Shown here: piece by piece, positions 1 to 10,063 of the stretch
Layout: every line of letters starts with the position of its first letter
How positions within the stretch are numbered: position 1 is the stretch's first letter
From: Promethearchaeia archaeon
GTDB lineage: Archaea; Asgardarchaeota; Lokiarchaeia; Sigyniarchaeales; SOKP01
Length of the DNA stretch: 64,000 bases
NCBI GenBank assembly: GCA_029856145.1
Contig: JAHQWK010000001.1
Coordinates: 288,001-352,000 of the forward strand
Reading direction: 5' to 3'
The notes under the pieces: model-generated
The model's input: the letters and a program-made list of their open reading frames with translations, nothing else
Told to the model about the DNA's origin: nothing
The model's database searches: none
Made by a program: the position numbers and the translations under genes

Positions 1-1
1 C

Positions 2-1999
2 ACTCCGATTCCAGATGTGAAAAGGTTAGCTATGGATATCGAAGTAAATATAGGATTAGAAGATTTTGTTATTCCAGATCCTCGGCAGGCAAAACAAGCA
101 ATTATCAGTATATCATTTGTGGCTTCGGATGGACTAAAATTAGTTTATGTACTAGAACGAGAAGGATTTGCTTTTCGTGGACTTCATAAAAAATTTCCAT
201 CTGATGCAGAAGTTATATTCTTTAAAAGCGAAAAGGAATTATTAACAGAATCCTTTCGTCTTTTATGGGAATATCCTGTAATTATCACATTCAATGGTGA
301 TAATTTTGATTTAAATTATATGTTTCATAGAGCAAATAAGTTAAAAATAAATAAAGATTTAAATCCCATCCATGTTAAGAGAGGTTTTGGTTTCTTATCA
401 AGATCTGACTGTGATCTAAGAAAAGGAATCCATCTTGATCTATTTAATTTCTTCTTTAATAGAAGTATTTCAGGATATGCATTTAGTGGAGCATATGAAA
501 GCAGTTCATTAAATGCAATAAGTGATGCGTTATTGGGAGAAAAGAAATATGAACATGAAGAAGAAATACACGAAATGGAATATGATATCCTTACTTGGTA
601 TAATCTAAAAGATTCAATCCTTACATTAGAATTAACAAAATTTAACAACTCCTTAGTATGGAATTTAATTCTATTATTATGTCGAATAACTAAGATGCCT
701 ATTCATGAAACTGTAAGGCGCCAAATTTCTACTTGGATACAAAATATATTTTATTTTGAACATAGAAGAAATAATTATCTTATTCCTCGCCGGTCTGAAA
801 TAGCTGAATTAAAAACAGGGGGATACTCAAAAGCTGTCATCGAAGGAAAAGCATTCGCTGGAGCATATGTCGTTCCACCTGTTCCAGGTATTCATTTCGA
901 TGTTGTTGTTATGGATTTTGCCTCACTATACCCTTCTATTATTAAGGAATATAATCTTTCATATGAAACAGTTTTATGTCCTCATAAGGATGATGAAGAT
1001 AATCTTGTTAAAGGTACTCCTTATCATATATGTACTCAAAAAATGGGAATCTTTGCGTATGTTGTAGGCTTTTTCCGAGATATAAGAGTTAAATATTTTA
1101 AACCAAAATCAAGTGATAAAAATCTAACAGAAAAACAGCGAAGTTATTATCAAACAATCCAACAAGCATTAAAAGTATTTATTAATGGAAGTTATGGTGT
1201 TTTTGGTTCCAAGAATTTTCCTCTTTTTTGCCTTCCGGTGGCTGAAAGTACAACTTCAATAGGACAATATTCAATAAAGCAAACTATTAAGAAATCAGAA
1301 GAAATTGGTGTAAAGGTTTTATATGGAGATACGGATTCTGTTTTTCTTTTAAATCCTACAATTGATCAGATGAAAGAGATATCAGATTGGAGTAAAAAAG
1401 AATTAGATCTTGATTTAGAAGAGGAAAAGACTTACCAATTTTTAGCACTCTCTGAAAGAAAGAAGAATTATGTCGGTATTTATAAGGATACTAAATATGT
1501 AGATATAAAAGGGCTTGTTGCTAAAAAGAAAAACACACCTGGGTTCATTAGAACTGTATTTAATGAAATGATTGAAATCTTGAAAAAAATTACAAATAAC
1601 GATCAATTTTTAAAAGCTAAAGATAATATCATAGAAATCGTGAGAGATAACTTAAAGAAAATAGGAAAGCCAAATACTTTTTCTTTAGAAGATTACATAA
1701 TTAACATTACCCTACAAAAGGATCTTAAAAGCTATATAAAAGTAGTTCCTCAACATGTTCGAGCTGCGTTAGAATTAAGAAATGTTACGGGAAGAGAATT
1801 TCAAAAAGGTGAAACAATAAGTTTTATCAAAAGTAAAGGGGCGATCGGAGTAAAAGCACTTGAACTTGCAAAACTTCAAGATGTCGATATTAAAAAGTAT
1901 AGAGAACTTTTAATCTCTGCCTTAGAGCAAGTGCTAGATGCCCTTGGTATTACATATGAAGAAATTAAGGGGATTAAAAAATTGGACGCATTTTTTTGA
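2..1999 (+). CDS. polB: Family B DNA polymerase (archaeal PolB1-like), 5'-truncated by the window edge
   Basis: ExoI DIE and ExoII FNGDNFD; Pol motifs DFASLYPSII, KVFINGSYG and YGDTDS; C-terminal PIP-box-like KKLDAFF. The frame is open from position 2. Confidence 0.96.
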   Translation, partial: TPIPDVKRLAMDIEVNIGLEDFVIPDPRQAKQAIISISFVASDGLKLVYVLEREGFAFRGLHKKFPSDAEVIFFKSEKELLTESFRLLWEYPVIITFNGDNFDLNYMFHRANKLKINKDLNPIHVKRGFGFLSRSDCDLRKGIHLDLFNFFFNRSISGYAFSGAYESSSLNAISDALLGEKKYEHEEEIHEMEYDILTWYNLKDSILTLELTKFNNSLVWNLILLLCRITKMPIHETVRRQISTWIQNIFYFEHRRNNYLIPRRSEIAELKTGGYSKAVIEGKAFAGAYVVPPVPGIHFDVVVMDFASLYPSIIKEYNLSYETVLCPHKDDEDNLVKGTPYHICTQKMGIFAYVVGFFRDIRVKYFKPKSSDKNLTEKQRSYYQTIQQALKVFINGSYGVFGSKNFPLFCLPVAESTTSIGQYSIKQTIKKSEEIGVKVLYGDTDSVFLLNPTIDQMKEISDWSKKELDLDLEEEKTYQFLALSERKKNYVGIYKDTKYVDIKGLVAKKKNTPGFIRTVFNEMIEILKKITNNDQFLKAKDNIIEIVRDNLKKIGKPNTFSLEDYIINITLQKDLKSYIKVVPQHVRAALELRNVTGREFQKGETISFIKSKGAIGVKALELAKLQDVDIKKYRELLISALEQVLDALGITYEEIKGIKKLDAFF

Positions 2000-2042
2000 A
2001 TTTTTTCAAAAACTTTTTTTAAAATGTCAAAAATAAAAGAAT

Positions 2043-2657
2043 ATGGAAAAACCAGTAAAAAAATCTAACAAGCTTCCCTATTTTGTAATTTTGGTATTCA
2101 TATTATTAGTTGGTTCTATTTTAATACCGTTTATATTAGTCAATGCAAACCAAACTGGAAGTTGTTTGCATCATTTAGAAGAAGATAATGGAATCCTTTG
2201 GGTGATAGGCAGAAGTTTTGGATTTACAACCTTCATTTGGTTCATAATAAGTACATTATTCGGTATTACCACAAAAAAGCTTGCACAATCTTTTAACTCA
2301 TATAAAAATGCTAGAGATCTTCACTGTTTAAATGCTGCAATAACCATTGTGGTTTTTCTAATTCATATTGGTACTCTCCTTGGATCTGAACCATGGGGAG
2401 ATTTAATATTCAATGGAGAATATAACCATATTCCTTACCCTTTATTTTTGACCAAATTATTAACAGGTGTTCTTTTTGGGATTATAATGGTTTCAGTGAC
2501 AGGAAGTGCTTTTTATTTTAGAGATATGAACAAAATGAAAAGGTTTGGATATAAAAGATTTATAAAATTACACTATGTTATGCTCTCCTTATCTGTAATT
2601 CTAGGGATTCATATTTTTCTGATAAATACTGAAATATTAATAATATTCTGGGGTTGA
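2043..2657 (+). CDS. Ferric reductase-like transmembrane (bis-heme cytochrome b) protein
   Basis: About 5 TM helices, with His pairs RDLH-x13-H and KLH-x12-H in two helices. Confidence 0.7.
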   Translation: MEKPVKKSNKLPYFVILVFILLVGSILIPFILVNANQTGSCLHHLEEDNGILWVIGRSFGFTTFIWFIISTLFGITTKKLAQSFNSYKNARDLHCLNAAITIVVFLIHIGTLLGSEPWGDLIFNGEYNHIPYPLFLTKLLTGVLFGIIMVSVTGSAFYFRDMNKMKRFGYKRFIKLHYVMLSLSVILGIHIFLINTEILIIFWG

Positions 2658-2661
2658 TTCC

Positions 2662-2943
2662 ATGAAAAAACTTTTATTAATTATTTTAATCGCTTTTATT
2701 ATCGTTTCAATATTTACAATTGTGTTTACCATTCAAAGAAGCAGCACATTCACTAATTTTACTGAGGATAATGGAGATAACGGGGATGATTATTTTAGTT
2801 TTAATAATCTGAATATACTTCAAGATGTAGCTGTTAATAAGATAGAAAATATTTTGCTAACAGATAATAAAAACGTAATTCCTCAAATTTATAACCTCAA
2901 ATTATCCTACGTGTTTTCATTATTTCTAAATGATATAATATAA
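2662..2943 (+). CDS. Small membrane-anchored hypothetical protein, possibly truncated
   Basis: Starts 4 nt after the previous gene; N-terminal TM followed by an acidic linker; 3' end overlaps the convergent gene by 18 nt. Confidence 0.5.
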   Translation: MKKLLLIILIAFIIVSIFTIVFTIQRSSTFTNFTEDNGDNGDDYFSFNNLNILQDVAVNKIENILLTDNKNVIPQIYNLKLSYVFSLFLNDII

Positions 2944-4023
2944 TAATCCCATAATTGAAGCACATAAAATTGGATTCAAAATATTATCGTCGATTTTGAG
3001 ATTTAGAATATCAATAATTAGAAATGCTAATGCTCCAATAAATCCTATTATTATTATTTTCGAAATATTTAAAGAATAATGCTCAAATAACCATAAAACT
3101 ATAAAGCTGATTCCAAAAGATACTAAGAATCCAGATATATATCCAATTAATGTTTTATTTGAAGATTTTGGAATATGAATTCTACCAAATCTTAATCCAA
3201 ATATAGACGCTGCACCATCTCCTAAGGTAGCTATTAATGCGACAGCAGTAAATACTCCGAAAGGAAGAAAAAGTGTAGGTATAAGTGATAAAACCAAGGC
3301 AACTGGTCTTGTAAATTCATAGATCTCGTTTTTCTTTAAAGTTTTGCCTAAAGTATTGGAAATACAAGTAGGAAGTAAATGATAAATACTACTTTTATTA
3401 AAAATATGAGATAGACGAATGTAATCTAAAGCAGCAAATATGATAATTCCTGTATAGCCAACTACCAATATTAAAAATATCCCATATTCTGTCCCTGAGA
3501 TTCCCCAAAATTGATCAGCATCCCACATAGCATCCCAAATATAGACAGCAAAAAGCCATAAAAAAATAATAATAACTGCAGGTAATAAATGGAATGCTTT
3601 TCTATGAAAATCAGTTCTTAAAGCATCTTTTCTATTATTGAGATTTTTTATATCCATTAAAGTAAAATGATCTATAAACTTCTCTATAGTTCGATTATCT
3701 CTTAAATGTGTTTTTTTCTTCAATACAAATTGATACTGGTAATATAAAATAAAAAAAATCAACAACGGAGCATATATACATATAATTTGTAGAGCTAATC
3801 CTTCAAACCATCTTACTTGACTTGTATCTCTTATAAAGAATAACGGATAAACTATACCAGCTACAATCCATAATATAAATATCAATAAAGAATTTATAAA
3901 ATTATGATCTGGATACTTCTTTCTCAACTTTAGAGCATAATAAAGGTGAATAAACCCATTACCTATATAAAAAATTGTAACTGATAAGGTGAGACAGTTA
4001 TAAACCATAGTATAACTAAACAA
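2926..4023 (-). CDS. CTP-dependent polyprenol/dolichol/diacylglycerol kinase family membrane protein
   Basis: RKAFH, GDGAASIFGLRFG, KTLIG and IDDNILNP motifs; multi-TM. Confidence 0.82.
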   Translation of the reverse strand: MFSYTMVYNCLTLSVTIFYIGNGFIHLYYALKLRKKYPDHNFINSLLIFILWIVAGIVYPLFFIRDTSQVRWFEGLALQIICIYAPLLIFFILYYQYQFVLKKKTHLRDNRTIEKFIDHFTLMDIKNLNNRKDALRTDFHRKAFHLLPAVIIIFLWLFAVYIWDAMWDADQFWGISGTEYGIFLILVVGYTGIIIFAALDYIRLSHIFNKSSIYHLLPTCISNTLGKTLKKNEIYEFTRPVALVLSLIPTLFLPFGVFTAVALIATLGDGAASIFGLRFGRIHIPKSSNKTLIGYISGFLVSFGISFIVLWLFEHYSLNISKIIIIGFIGALAFLIIDILNLKIDDNILNPILCASIMGLLYYII

Positions 4024-4094
4024 TGATTTTAAAAATACGTTATGAAAAAAATGAAAAGAAGAATTTAGAATAAAAAATTAAATAATAAATAAAA

Positions 4095-4382
4095 TTAGAG
4101 CCCTAGAAGTAAAAATTCATCAAGAGCTTTATGAAGTTTCTTTAAATTATCTTCTCCAAGGGCTTTATCTACTTGAATCTTTAAATCAAAAGCGGTACTA
4201 AACGCTTTAAAAAACGTGTTTTGAATGACATCGTTAAACTGAGACTTATCTTTCTTTTGTTCCTTAAATTCATCTACTCGCCTAATCATAGCTTCTTCAT
4301 AAGTTTTGTCAGTAACAGTTCTTAACTCTGCCAGTTTACGGATTTTCATTCCATCCCTATCTTCAACATATTCTTCAGGCAT
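4095..4382 (-). CDS. Hypothetical 95-aa protein abutting tes
   Basis: ATG directly follows the tes stop codon (TAA-ATG); GGAGG upstream. Confidence 0.75.
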   Translation of the reverse strand: MPEEYVEDRDGMKIRKLAELRTVTDKTYEEAMIRRVDEFKEQKKDKSQFNDVIQNTFFKAFSTAFDLKIQVDKALGEDNLKKLHKALDEFLLLGL

Positions 4383-6119
4383 TTATTCCTCCTCCTCCTT
4401 CTTAATCCCACCATTACGGGCGATTTCTTGTTCGATTTCTTCCACAGCTTGACCTGTAGTGGTGTCGAACTCATTTTTAATTTTTGGTGTTATCTGTTTT
4501 GCTATTTGTTTCTCAATAATAGGTCTATGAATTGTGTTCATTGTACAAAAGCTTATTTCCTTTACACTTCCATCTGGCATTGCGACGCCAAAATGTACTA
4601 TACATCTCTTTGTTCTCTCAATGTCCATGTTATAAGCGTCTTGAAAATGCATACTGGAAAGCAACAACGCACCATAACTAAAAGAGCTTACACTCTCCCA
4701 ATCCCCTCGCATTAAAAGTCTTGAAAACATTTCCATGAGTTTTCCTGGTTTTTTCATGTATTGTAACACACCTAAAAGGAATCTTGCTCGGAGTTGGGTT
4801 TTGTCCAGAAAATTCAAACCATTATCTAGAGTTTTACCAAAATCACCTAGTAAATCTTCAAAAATTCTAAGCTGTTTCTTTTCTTTATGTTTAATTTTAG
4901 CCCAAAAACGGTTAGCAAAGTCTATAACTTTTAAAGGGTCGAAATATTCCATTATTGGCATCATTTCGCCCGAATCAGGATCTACTACCATATAACTTGC
5001 AAAACCACAGTCGGGATGACAAGTAAATTCTATTGGTTCAACATCCGCCAAATAGGCTATAACTCTGCCAAATTCCACGATAGTGCTCAAAGGATACCAA
5101 GCATTCTCCATTCCGATCTTCCCACCTGTTTGTTCCTCAATAATTTTAAGTATATCTGCATTGGTTATTCGAAGATCTTGTCGTTCTTCATAAGCAATTC
5201 GGCCACATAGAGAAACCGGCTGAAAAGTTATACCACGAACAACATCCACATTGTCAATAGCATATTGAATGATGTTTCCAACCTCAATATCAGTAACTCC
5301 CTTAGCAATTGTAGCAACCAATACAATGGAATCAAGTCCAGCCTTACGACAATTATCGATAACCCTCTGTTTGTACGCCATGAGATTCTTAATCCCCCTT
5401 GTTTTTTCATATGTGATATCGTTGATGCCATCGAACTGGAAATAGAGTGTATCTAATCCCGCTTCTTTTACCCTTTTGGTCCATTCGAAGCCACCTTTTT
5501 TTCGAGACATCCCATAACCATTCGTAGCTACAATGACTTCCTTAAATCCATTATCTTTTGCCATTTTACAAATTTCAGGAAAATCTTTCCTAACTGTAGG
5601 TTCTCCACCAGTAAACATTATTGCAATTGCTGGAATAGGTTTGCTTCTGAAATGTTTCATAATTCTATCAATTTCTTCCAACGAGGGTTCGACTAAATAA
5701 CCAGATTTTTGTACATTTGCATAACAGAAATTACAATTAAAATTACAACGATTTGTCAAGTCGATTAACGCTAAAGAACAAGTTGATAGGTGCTCTGGAC
5801 ATAAACCACAGTTATAAGGACAACCTCTTGGATCTTCACCAACACAATCAGGAGGATTTGACTCACCATCTTTATCAAATTTCCAAATAACGTTTCCACC
5901 TTTATCTTTTACTGCCCAATGTGTCCATTTATAATATTTAGCAGAGCTACTAATCTTATCTTTGAATTGACCGTGCTCTTCGCAGGTTTTTCTCATCCAG
6001 ATTTCATCATTCTCTTCATAAACTTCGGCACCAATTGGTTCCAAACATTCTGGGCAAACGCTTCCCGTTTTTCGATAATATGGTGTATTTAAATATTCAT
6101 CATCGTCTAAATGATACAT
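4383..6119 (-). CDS. tes: Tetraether lipid synthase Tes / GDGT-MAS (MJ0619-like radical SAM)
   Basis: N-terminal SVCPEC...KTCEEHG; GCPYNCGLCPEH; radical SAM CNFNCNFC; TCHPDCG; HFQDAYNMDIERTKRCIVH; FCTMN. Confidence 0.88.
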   Translation of the reverse strand: MYHLDDDEYLNTPYYRKTGSVCPECLEPIGAEVYEENDEIWMRKTCEEHGQFKDKISSSAKYYKWTHWAVKDKGGNVIWKFDKDGESNPPDCVGEDPRGCPYNCGLCPEHLSTCSLALIDLTNRCNFNCNFCYANVQKSGYLVEPSLEEIDRIMKHFRSKPIPAIAIMFTGGEPTVRKDFPEICKMAKDNGFKEVIVATNGYGMSRKKGGFEWTKRVKEAGLDTLYFQFDGINDITYEKTRGIKNLMAYKQRVIDNCRKAGLDSIVLVATIAKGVTDIEVGNIIQYAIDNVDVVRGITFQPVSLCGRIAYEERQDLRITNADILKIIEEQTGGKIGMENAWYPLSTIVEFGRVIAYLADVEPIEFTCHPDCGFASYMVVDPDSGEMMPIMEYFDPLKVIDFANRFWAKIKHKEKKQLRIFEDLLGDFGKTLDNGLNFLDKTQLRARFLLGVLQYMKKPGKLMEMFSRLLMRGDWESVSSFSYGALLLSSMHFQDAYNMDIERTKRCIVHFGVAMPDGSVKEISFCTMNTIHRPIIEKQIAKQITPKIKNEFDTTTGQAVEEIEQEIARNGGIKKEEEE

Positions 6120-6370
6120 TTTTTGTGTACTCCAAATTTTAATGTTTTAATAAAACATACGTTTATACAAAATTATTTTCCTTTTTTAAAAACATTTTCT
6201 TACGTTTACTACTTTTGATAATATTATTTGTTAATAAACATAAAAACTAATCTTTCTCCCTTCTTACTATTAATTCACGAAGATTTTCAATTTTAGTTAG
6301 ATTAAAAATATAATGTTTATAATTAACAAAATAAAGTAAATACTTAGAGAAAATTTTTGGTGAGACAAAG

Positions 6371-7750
6371 ATGAATGATATGAACTCTGGTTTTGTAAAC
6401 GATTTAAACATGATTTTAGCCACTGATTTTTATCAATTGACAATGGGTGCTGCCTATTATCAATACAATCTCGAGAACAATATTACTGAAGAAAATGATA
6501 TTGCTACATTTGAATTGTTTATTAGAAAATTTCCAGAAAATCGCAATTATTTAATTTTTGCAGGATTAGAACAAGCAATTCAGTATTTACTAAATGCTAG
6601 ATTTACAGAACGAACAATCAAATTTTTAAGAGAGAAGGAAGTTTTCAAAAAAATTGATCCAAGCTTTTTCGATGAGTATTTACCAAATTTTAAATTCAAT
6701 TTGGATGTATGGACAATGAGAGAGGGAAATTTCTTCTTCCCAAATGAACCTATACTGAGAGTACAAGGTCCTATGTTTCATGCGCAAATTGTCGAAACAT
6801 ATCTACTTAATGTAATTAATTTTCAATCTCTAATTGCGTCCAAAGCCTCAAGAATTAAAAATATTGCTCCTAATAAAGTACTTCTTGAATTTGGTACGAG
6901 ACGATCTCATAGTCCTCTTGCGGGAGTCTATGCTGCCAGAGCAAGTTATATTGCGGGATTTAACGGTAGTAGCAATGTGGTTGCGGATCTTGAATTAGGA
7001 ATTAACTCCTCTGGCACTATGGCTCATAGTTTCGTACAGAAATTCGATGATGAGTTAGATAGTTTTGACTTATACTATAAAATCTATGGTAAGAATTCTA
7101 TATTTTTAATAGATACATATGATACTGAAAAAGGAGCTCAGAAATCTTGCAAATATGGGAATACTATATGGGGAGTAAGAATAGATTCTGGCGATCTCAT
7201 TGACCATGCTAAAAAAGTTCGAAAAATTCTTGATGATAATGGCTGTGAAAAAGTATTAATTGTAGCTAGTTCAGATTTGAATGAATATAAAATAAAAGAA
7301 ATTATTGATAAGAATGCTCCCATAGACGTTTTTGGAGTAGGAACTGAATTGGCAACTTCTCGAGATGATCCGACAATTGCGGGAGTATACAAATTAATAG
7401 AATATAATGGAGAGCCAAAAATAAAAATTAGTGAAGAAAAAGTAACTTATCCCGGAATAAAGCAAGTACATCGAATTTACGATAGAAATGGTATGTTTAA
7501 AGAAGATATATTATCACTTGCATATGAACCTGCCCCTTCTAATTCTGAAACACTATTAATTCCAATTATGAAAGATGGTGAATTAATCACGAAATTACCA
7601 AAATTGGATGACATTCAAAAGTTTTATTTAGATAATATTAAGAAATTACCTAAAACCTATAAGAAATTAGAGGAAGTTGATATCTTCGAATTAAAAATTT
7701 CAGAAAAATTAAGGCATCTTACAGATTCTTTAAAACTCAAATATACTTAA
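6371..7750 (+). CDS. pncB: Nicotinate phosphoribosyltransferase
   Basis: TDFYQLTM, EFGTRRSH, GTMAHSFV, LIDTYDT, GVRIDSGDL, FGVGT, VYKL. Confidence 0.95.
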   Translation: MNDMNSGFVNDLNMILATDFYQLTMGAAYYQYNLENNITEENDIATFELFIRKFPENRNYLIFAGLEQAIQYLLNARFTERTIKFLREKEVFKKIDPSFFDEYLPNFKFNLDVWTMREGNFFFPNEPILRVQGPMFHAQIVETYLLNVINFQSLIASKASRIKNIAPNKVLLEFGTRRSHSPLAGVYAARASYIAGFNGSSNVVADLELGINSSGTMAHSFVQKFDDELDSFDLYYKIYGKNSIFLIDTYDTEKGAQKSCKYGNTIWGVRIDSGDLIDHAKKVRKILDDNGCEKVLIVASSDLNEYKIKEIIDKNAPIDVFGVGTELATSRDDPTIAGVYKLIEYNGEPKIKISEEKVTYPGIKQVHRIYDRNGMFKEDILSLAYEPAPSNSETLLIPIMKDGELITKLPKLDDIQKFYLDNIKKLPKTYKKLEEVDIFELKISEKLRHLTDSLKLKYT

Positions 7751-8631
7751 TTTTTAAGATCTACATTTGTTAATTTAACGCTCACATCCCATAGCTGTTT
7801 AGCTACATTTTTATCATATGAGATTTTAACAGATTTCGCTTCTTTTCTCCTTTTAAAGTATTTTCCACTTGTACCATCTACTTCGGGAGAAGAAGCTAGG
7901 TATACTGAAGTTTTTGCCCCTCGCTTCGGTGTTAACATGAATAAGCCAATTAAATGGTAAAAATATTTAACAAATGGGCGAAATTTTCGTATCATATTTG
8001 TTTTTACAAATCCAGGGTGAAGACAATTCACTGAAACTCCTGTTCCCTCTATCTTTCTAGCAAACTCATAAGTAAAGAGTACAACTGCCAATTTTGATTG
8101 TGAGTATGCTTTTAATTGGCGATAATGATTATCTCCGTTTAAGTCATCAAAATCAAAAGATTTTGCTTGAATACTTGATGCTAGGTTTACAATACGCGCT
8201 GGAACGCTATTCTTTAATGTATCTAACAATAAATTACATAACATAAAATGGGCTAAATAGTTTAATGCAAATGTTGTTTCTACGCCATCTTTTGTTAAAG
8301 TCTGTTTGTGTAAATTTACCCCTGCGTTATTTATTAGAACGTGCAAGTTATTATATCTCTTTTTAAATTCTGATACAAGGTTATGAATTCCTTTCTGAGA
8401 AGATAAGTCAGCTAGTATTAAATCAATTGACTCATTTCCTGTTTTTTCTTTTATTTTTTTTATTGCCTTTTCAGCACGAGTTTGATCTCGGCATACCAAT
8501 ACTAATGAAGCCCCTAGTTTTGCTAAACTGATGGCAGTTGCTTTGCCAATACCAGAATTAGCGCCCGTAATCATACAAATTTTTCCATTCAGCATTTTAG
8601 ATTTATTATTCACCATTTTAGCCATTACCAA
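7747..8631 (-). CDS. SDR family oxidoreductase (retinol dehydrogenase/WWOX-like)
   Basis: TGANSGIG, NNAG, YSQSK, HPGFVKT. Confidence 0.93.
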   Translation of the reverse strand: MVMAKMVNNKSKMLNGKICMITGANSGIGKATAISLAKLGASLVLVCRDQTRAEKAIKKIKEKTGNESIDLILADLSSQKGIHNLVSEFKKRYNNLHVLINNAGVNLHKQTLTKDGVETTFALNYLAHFMLCNLLLDTLKNSVPARIVNLASSIQAKSFDFDDLNGDNHYRQLKAYSQSKLAVVLFTYEFARKIEGTGVSVNCLHPGFVKTNMIRKFRPFVKYFYHLIGLFMLTPKRGAKTSVYLASSPEVDGTSGKYFKRRKEAKSVKISYDKNVAKQLWDVSVKLTNVDLKN

Positions 8632-8709
8632 TATCTAATAGGTCACTTAATTTCCTAATCATAAGAACTAGAGTAAATAGGAAAATAATGTAATATTAAT
8701 AAAACCTAC

Positions 8710-8900
8710 TTATAGGCTGTTAAAATTCGTGAGATTAGTAAACACATCCCAAAGTCTTATTGCAATAGACTCATCATAAGTAATATTGTTTGATTTTCTT
8801 TCTTTTTTGTCAATAAAATATTTTCCAGATATATTTTTCACATCTGGAGATGATATGAGGGATATTGAGGTATCTGCTCCTTTTTCTGGGTTTTTAGTAA
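8710..8900 (-). pseudogene. 3'-terminal remnant of a paralogous SDR
   Basis: PEKGADTSISLISSPDV...SGKYF...YDESIAIRLWDV aligns with the C-terminus of 7747..8631 (PKRGAKTSVYLASSPEV...SGKYF...YDKNVAKQLWDV); no Rossmann or catalytic part. Confidence 0.85.
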
Positions 8901-8911
8901 AACAAAAAAAA

Positions 8912-9859
8912 TTATTTCCTTGTAACCTTTCTAACATTCTTAACTGTGTAACCCCAAAAATTATCTTTTACAAGTTTTCCACTTAAACTAATTTTATCTC
9001 CTTTTATGAAACTATTTTCATTTTGTAATTTTTCACTTATTCGTACTTTTAAATTTTCAACAGTATCGGTATCTTCTTCACGATAATCGCTTACTTTTTT
9101 TAATTTAGGCCCAAATTTGAGATTTTCAAGTGAAGTCATATAATATTTTGTTATATTTCCTTGAAATTCGGATTCCCTTTCAACAATTTCTGTAATAACC
9201 GCTTCATGTACAGTTATCGAAGAATTAAGATATTTCATTAGTTTCGCACCTGAAGATGACTCATCAATTAAAACTGCCATTCTTTGTTTCTCATCACTTT
9301 CCTCCCCCACTTGAGCTTCAGCAAGTTTGATTGTCTTAATTTTTTTTTCAAAATCATCAGGTAGAACTGTTAAAGTCCAATCATCAAGTTTAAACCAATT
9401 TTGCTTTAAAGAATAGATGAATCCAATCCAGAAATGACTACAAAACCCCATATTCGCCCCTATTCTGCAATCGCAGTCACGCTCAGGATTCCCTATATTT
9501 TTTGGATTAATCGATAAATAAGATTGTGCTTCCCAACTCCATCCTTTAAATTTTAACTCAATTTCATGCTTACTCGGATTTACAATCTTAATTTCAGCAA
9601 CACTCTCTCTATCTTCACCATTAATCTTCTTTATTGCTACTTCTATTCCATTAGATATTATTTCAATCTCTTTTTGCTGTAAGAGCTCTTTAAATTCTTC
9701 TTCTGCTAATGAATCAAGAATAAAATCGATTAACTCTGATTTCTTAAATTTTGAAAATCCTTTTATTTCAAAATCTCGACATATTTGTTTCAAATCATCA
9801 TTGTTTAAGTACTGCAAAAGATATTTCAAATAATTACTATCATCAATTTCTCTATTCAT
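8912..9859 (-). CDS. Hypothetical nucleic-acid-binding protein: HeH/Rho-N-like + SWIM Zn finger + probable OB fold
   Basis: DLKQICRDFEIKGFSKFKKSELIDFI; CDC-x8-CSH; beta-rich C-terminus with GDKISLSGKL. Confidence 0.7.
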   Translation of the reverse strand: MNREIDDSNYLKYLLQYLNNDDLKQICRDFEIKGFSKFKKSELIDFILDSLAEEEFKELLQQKEIEIISNGIEVAIKKINGEDRESVAEIKIVNPSKHEIELKFKGWSWEAQSYLSINPKNIGNPERDCDCRIGANMGFCSHFWIGFIYSLKQNWFKLDDWTLTVLPDDFEKKIKTIKLAEAQVGEESDEKQRMAVLIDESSSGAKLMKYLNSSITVHEAVITEIVERESEFQGNITKYYMTSLENLKFGPKLKKVSDYREEDTDTVENLKVRISEKLQNENSFIKGDKISLSGKLVKDNFWGYTVKNVRKVTRK

Positions 9860-10063
9860 TTTATGTCAAGCCCAATAAATTTAAAATGTGAATTCTCCAA
9901 GTATAATTTGAATTTATTGCTTATAATTATAACTGTTGAAAAAATTTTTTCATTCCATTATTATTAGAAAACCTAATTACAAAATAGCTGATATATAAAG
10001 AGAATCTTATAAAAAAGATAATTACACTAAATTCAAATTAAAATAAAGTAAAACTAAACGTTC

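Noticed and set aside
4383-6119. MoaA or methylpterin methyltransferase annotation
   Set aside because: The extra Cys motifs match the MJ0619 family, now characterised as tetraether synthase.
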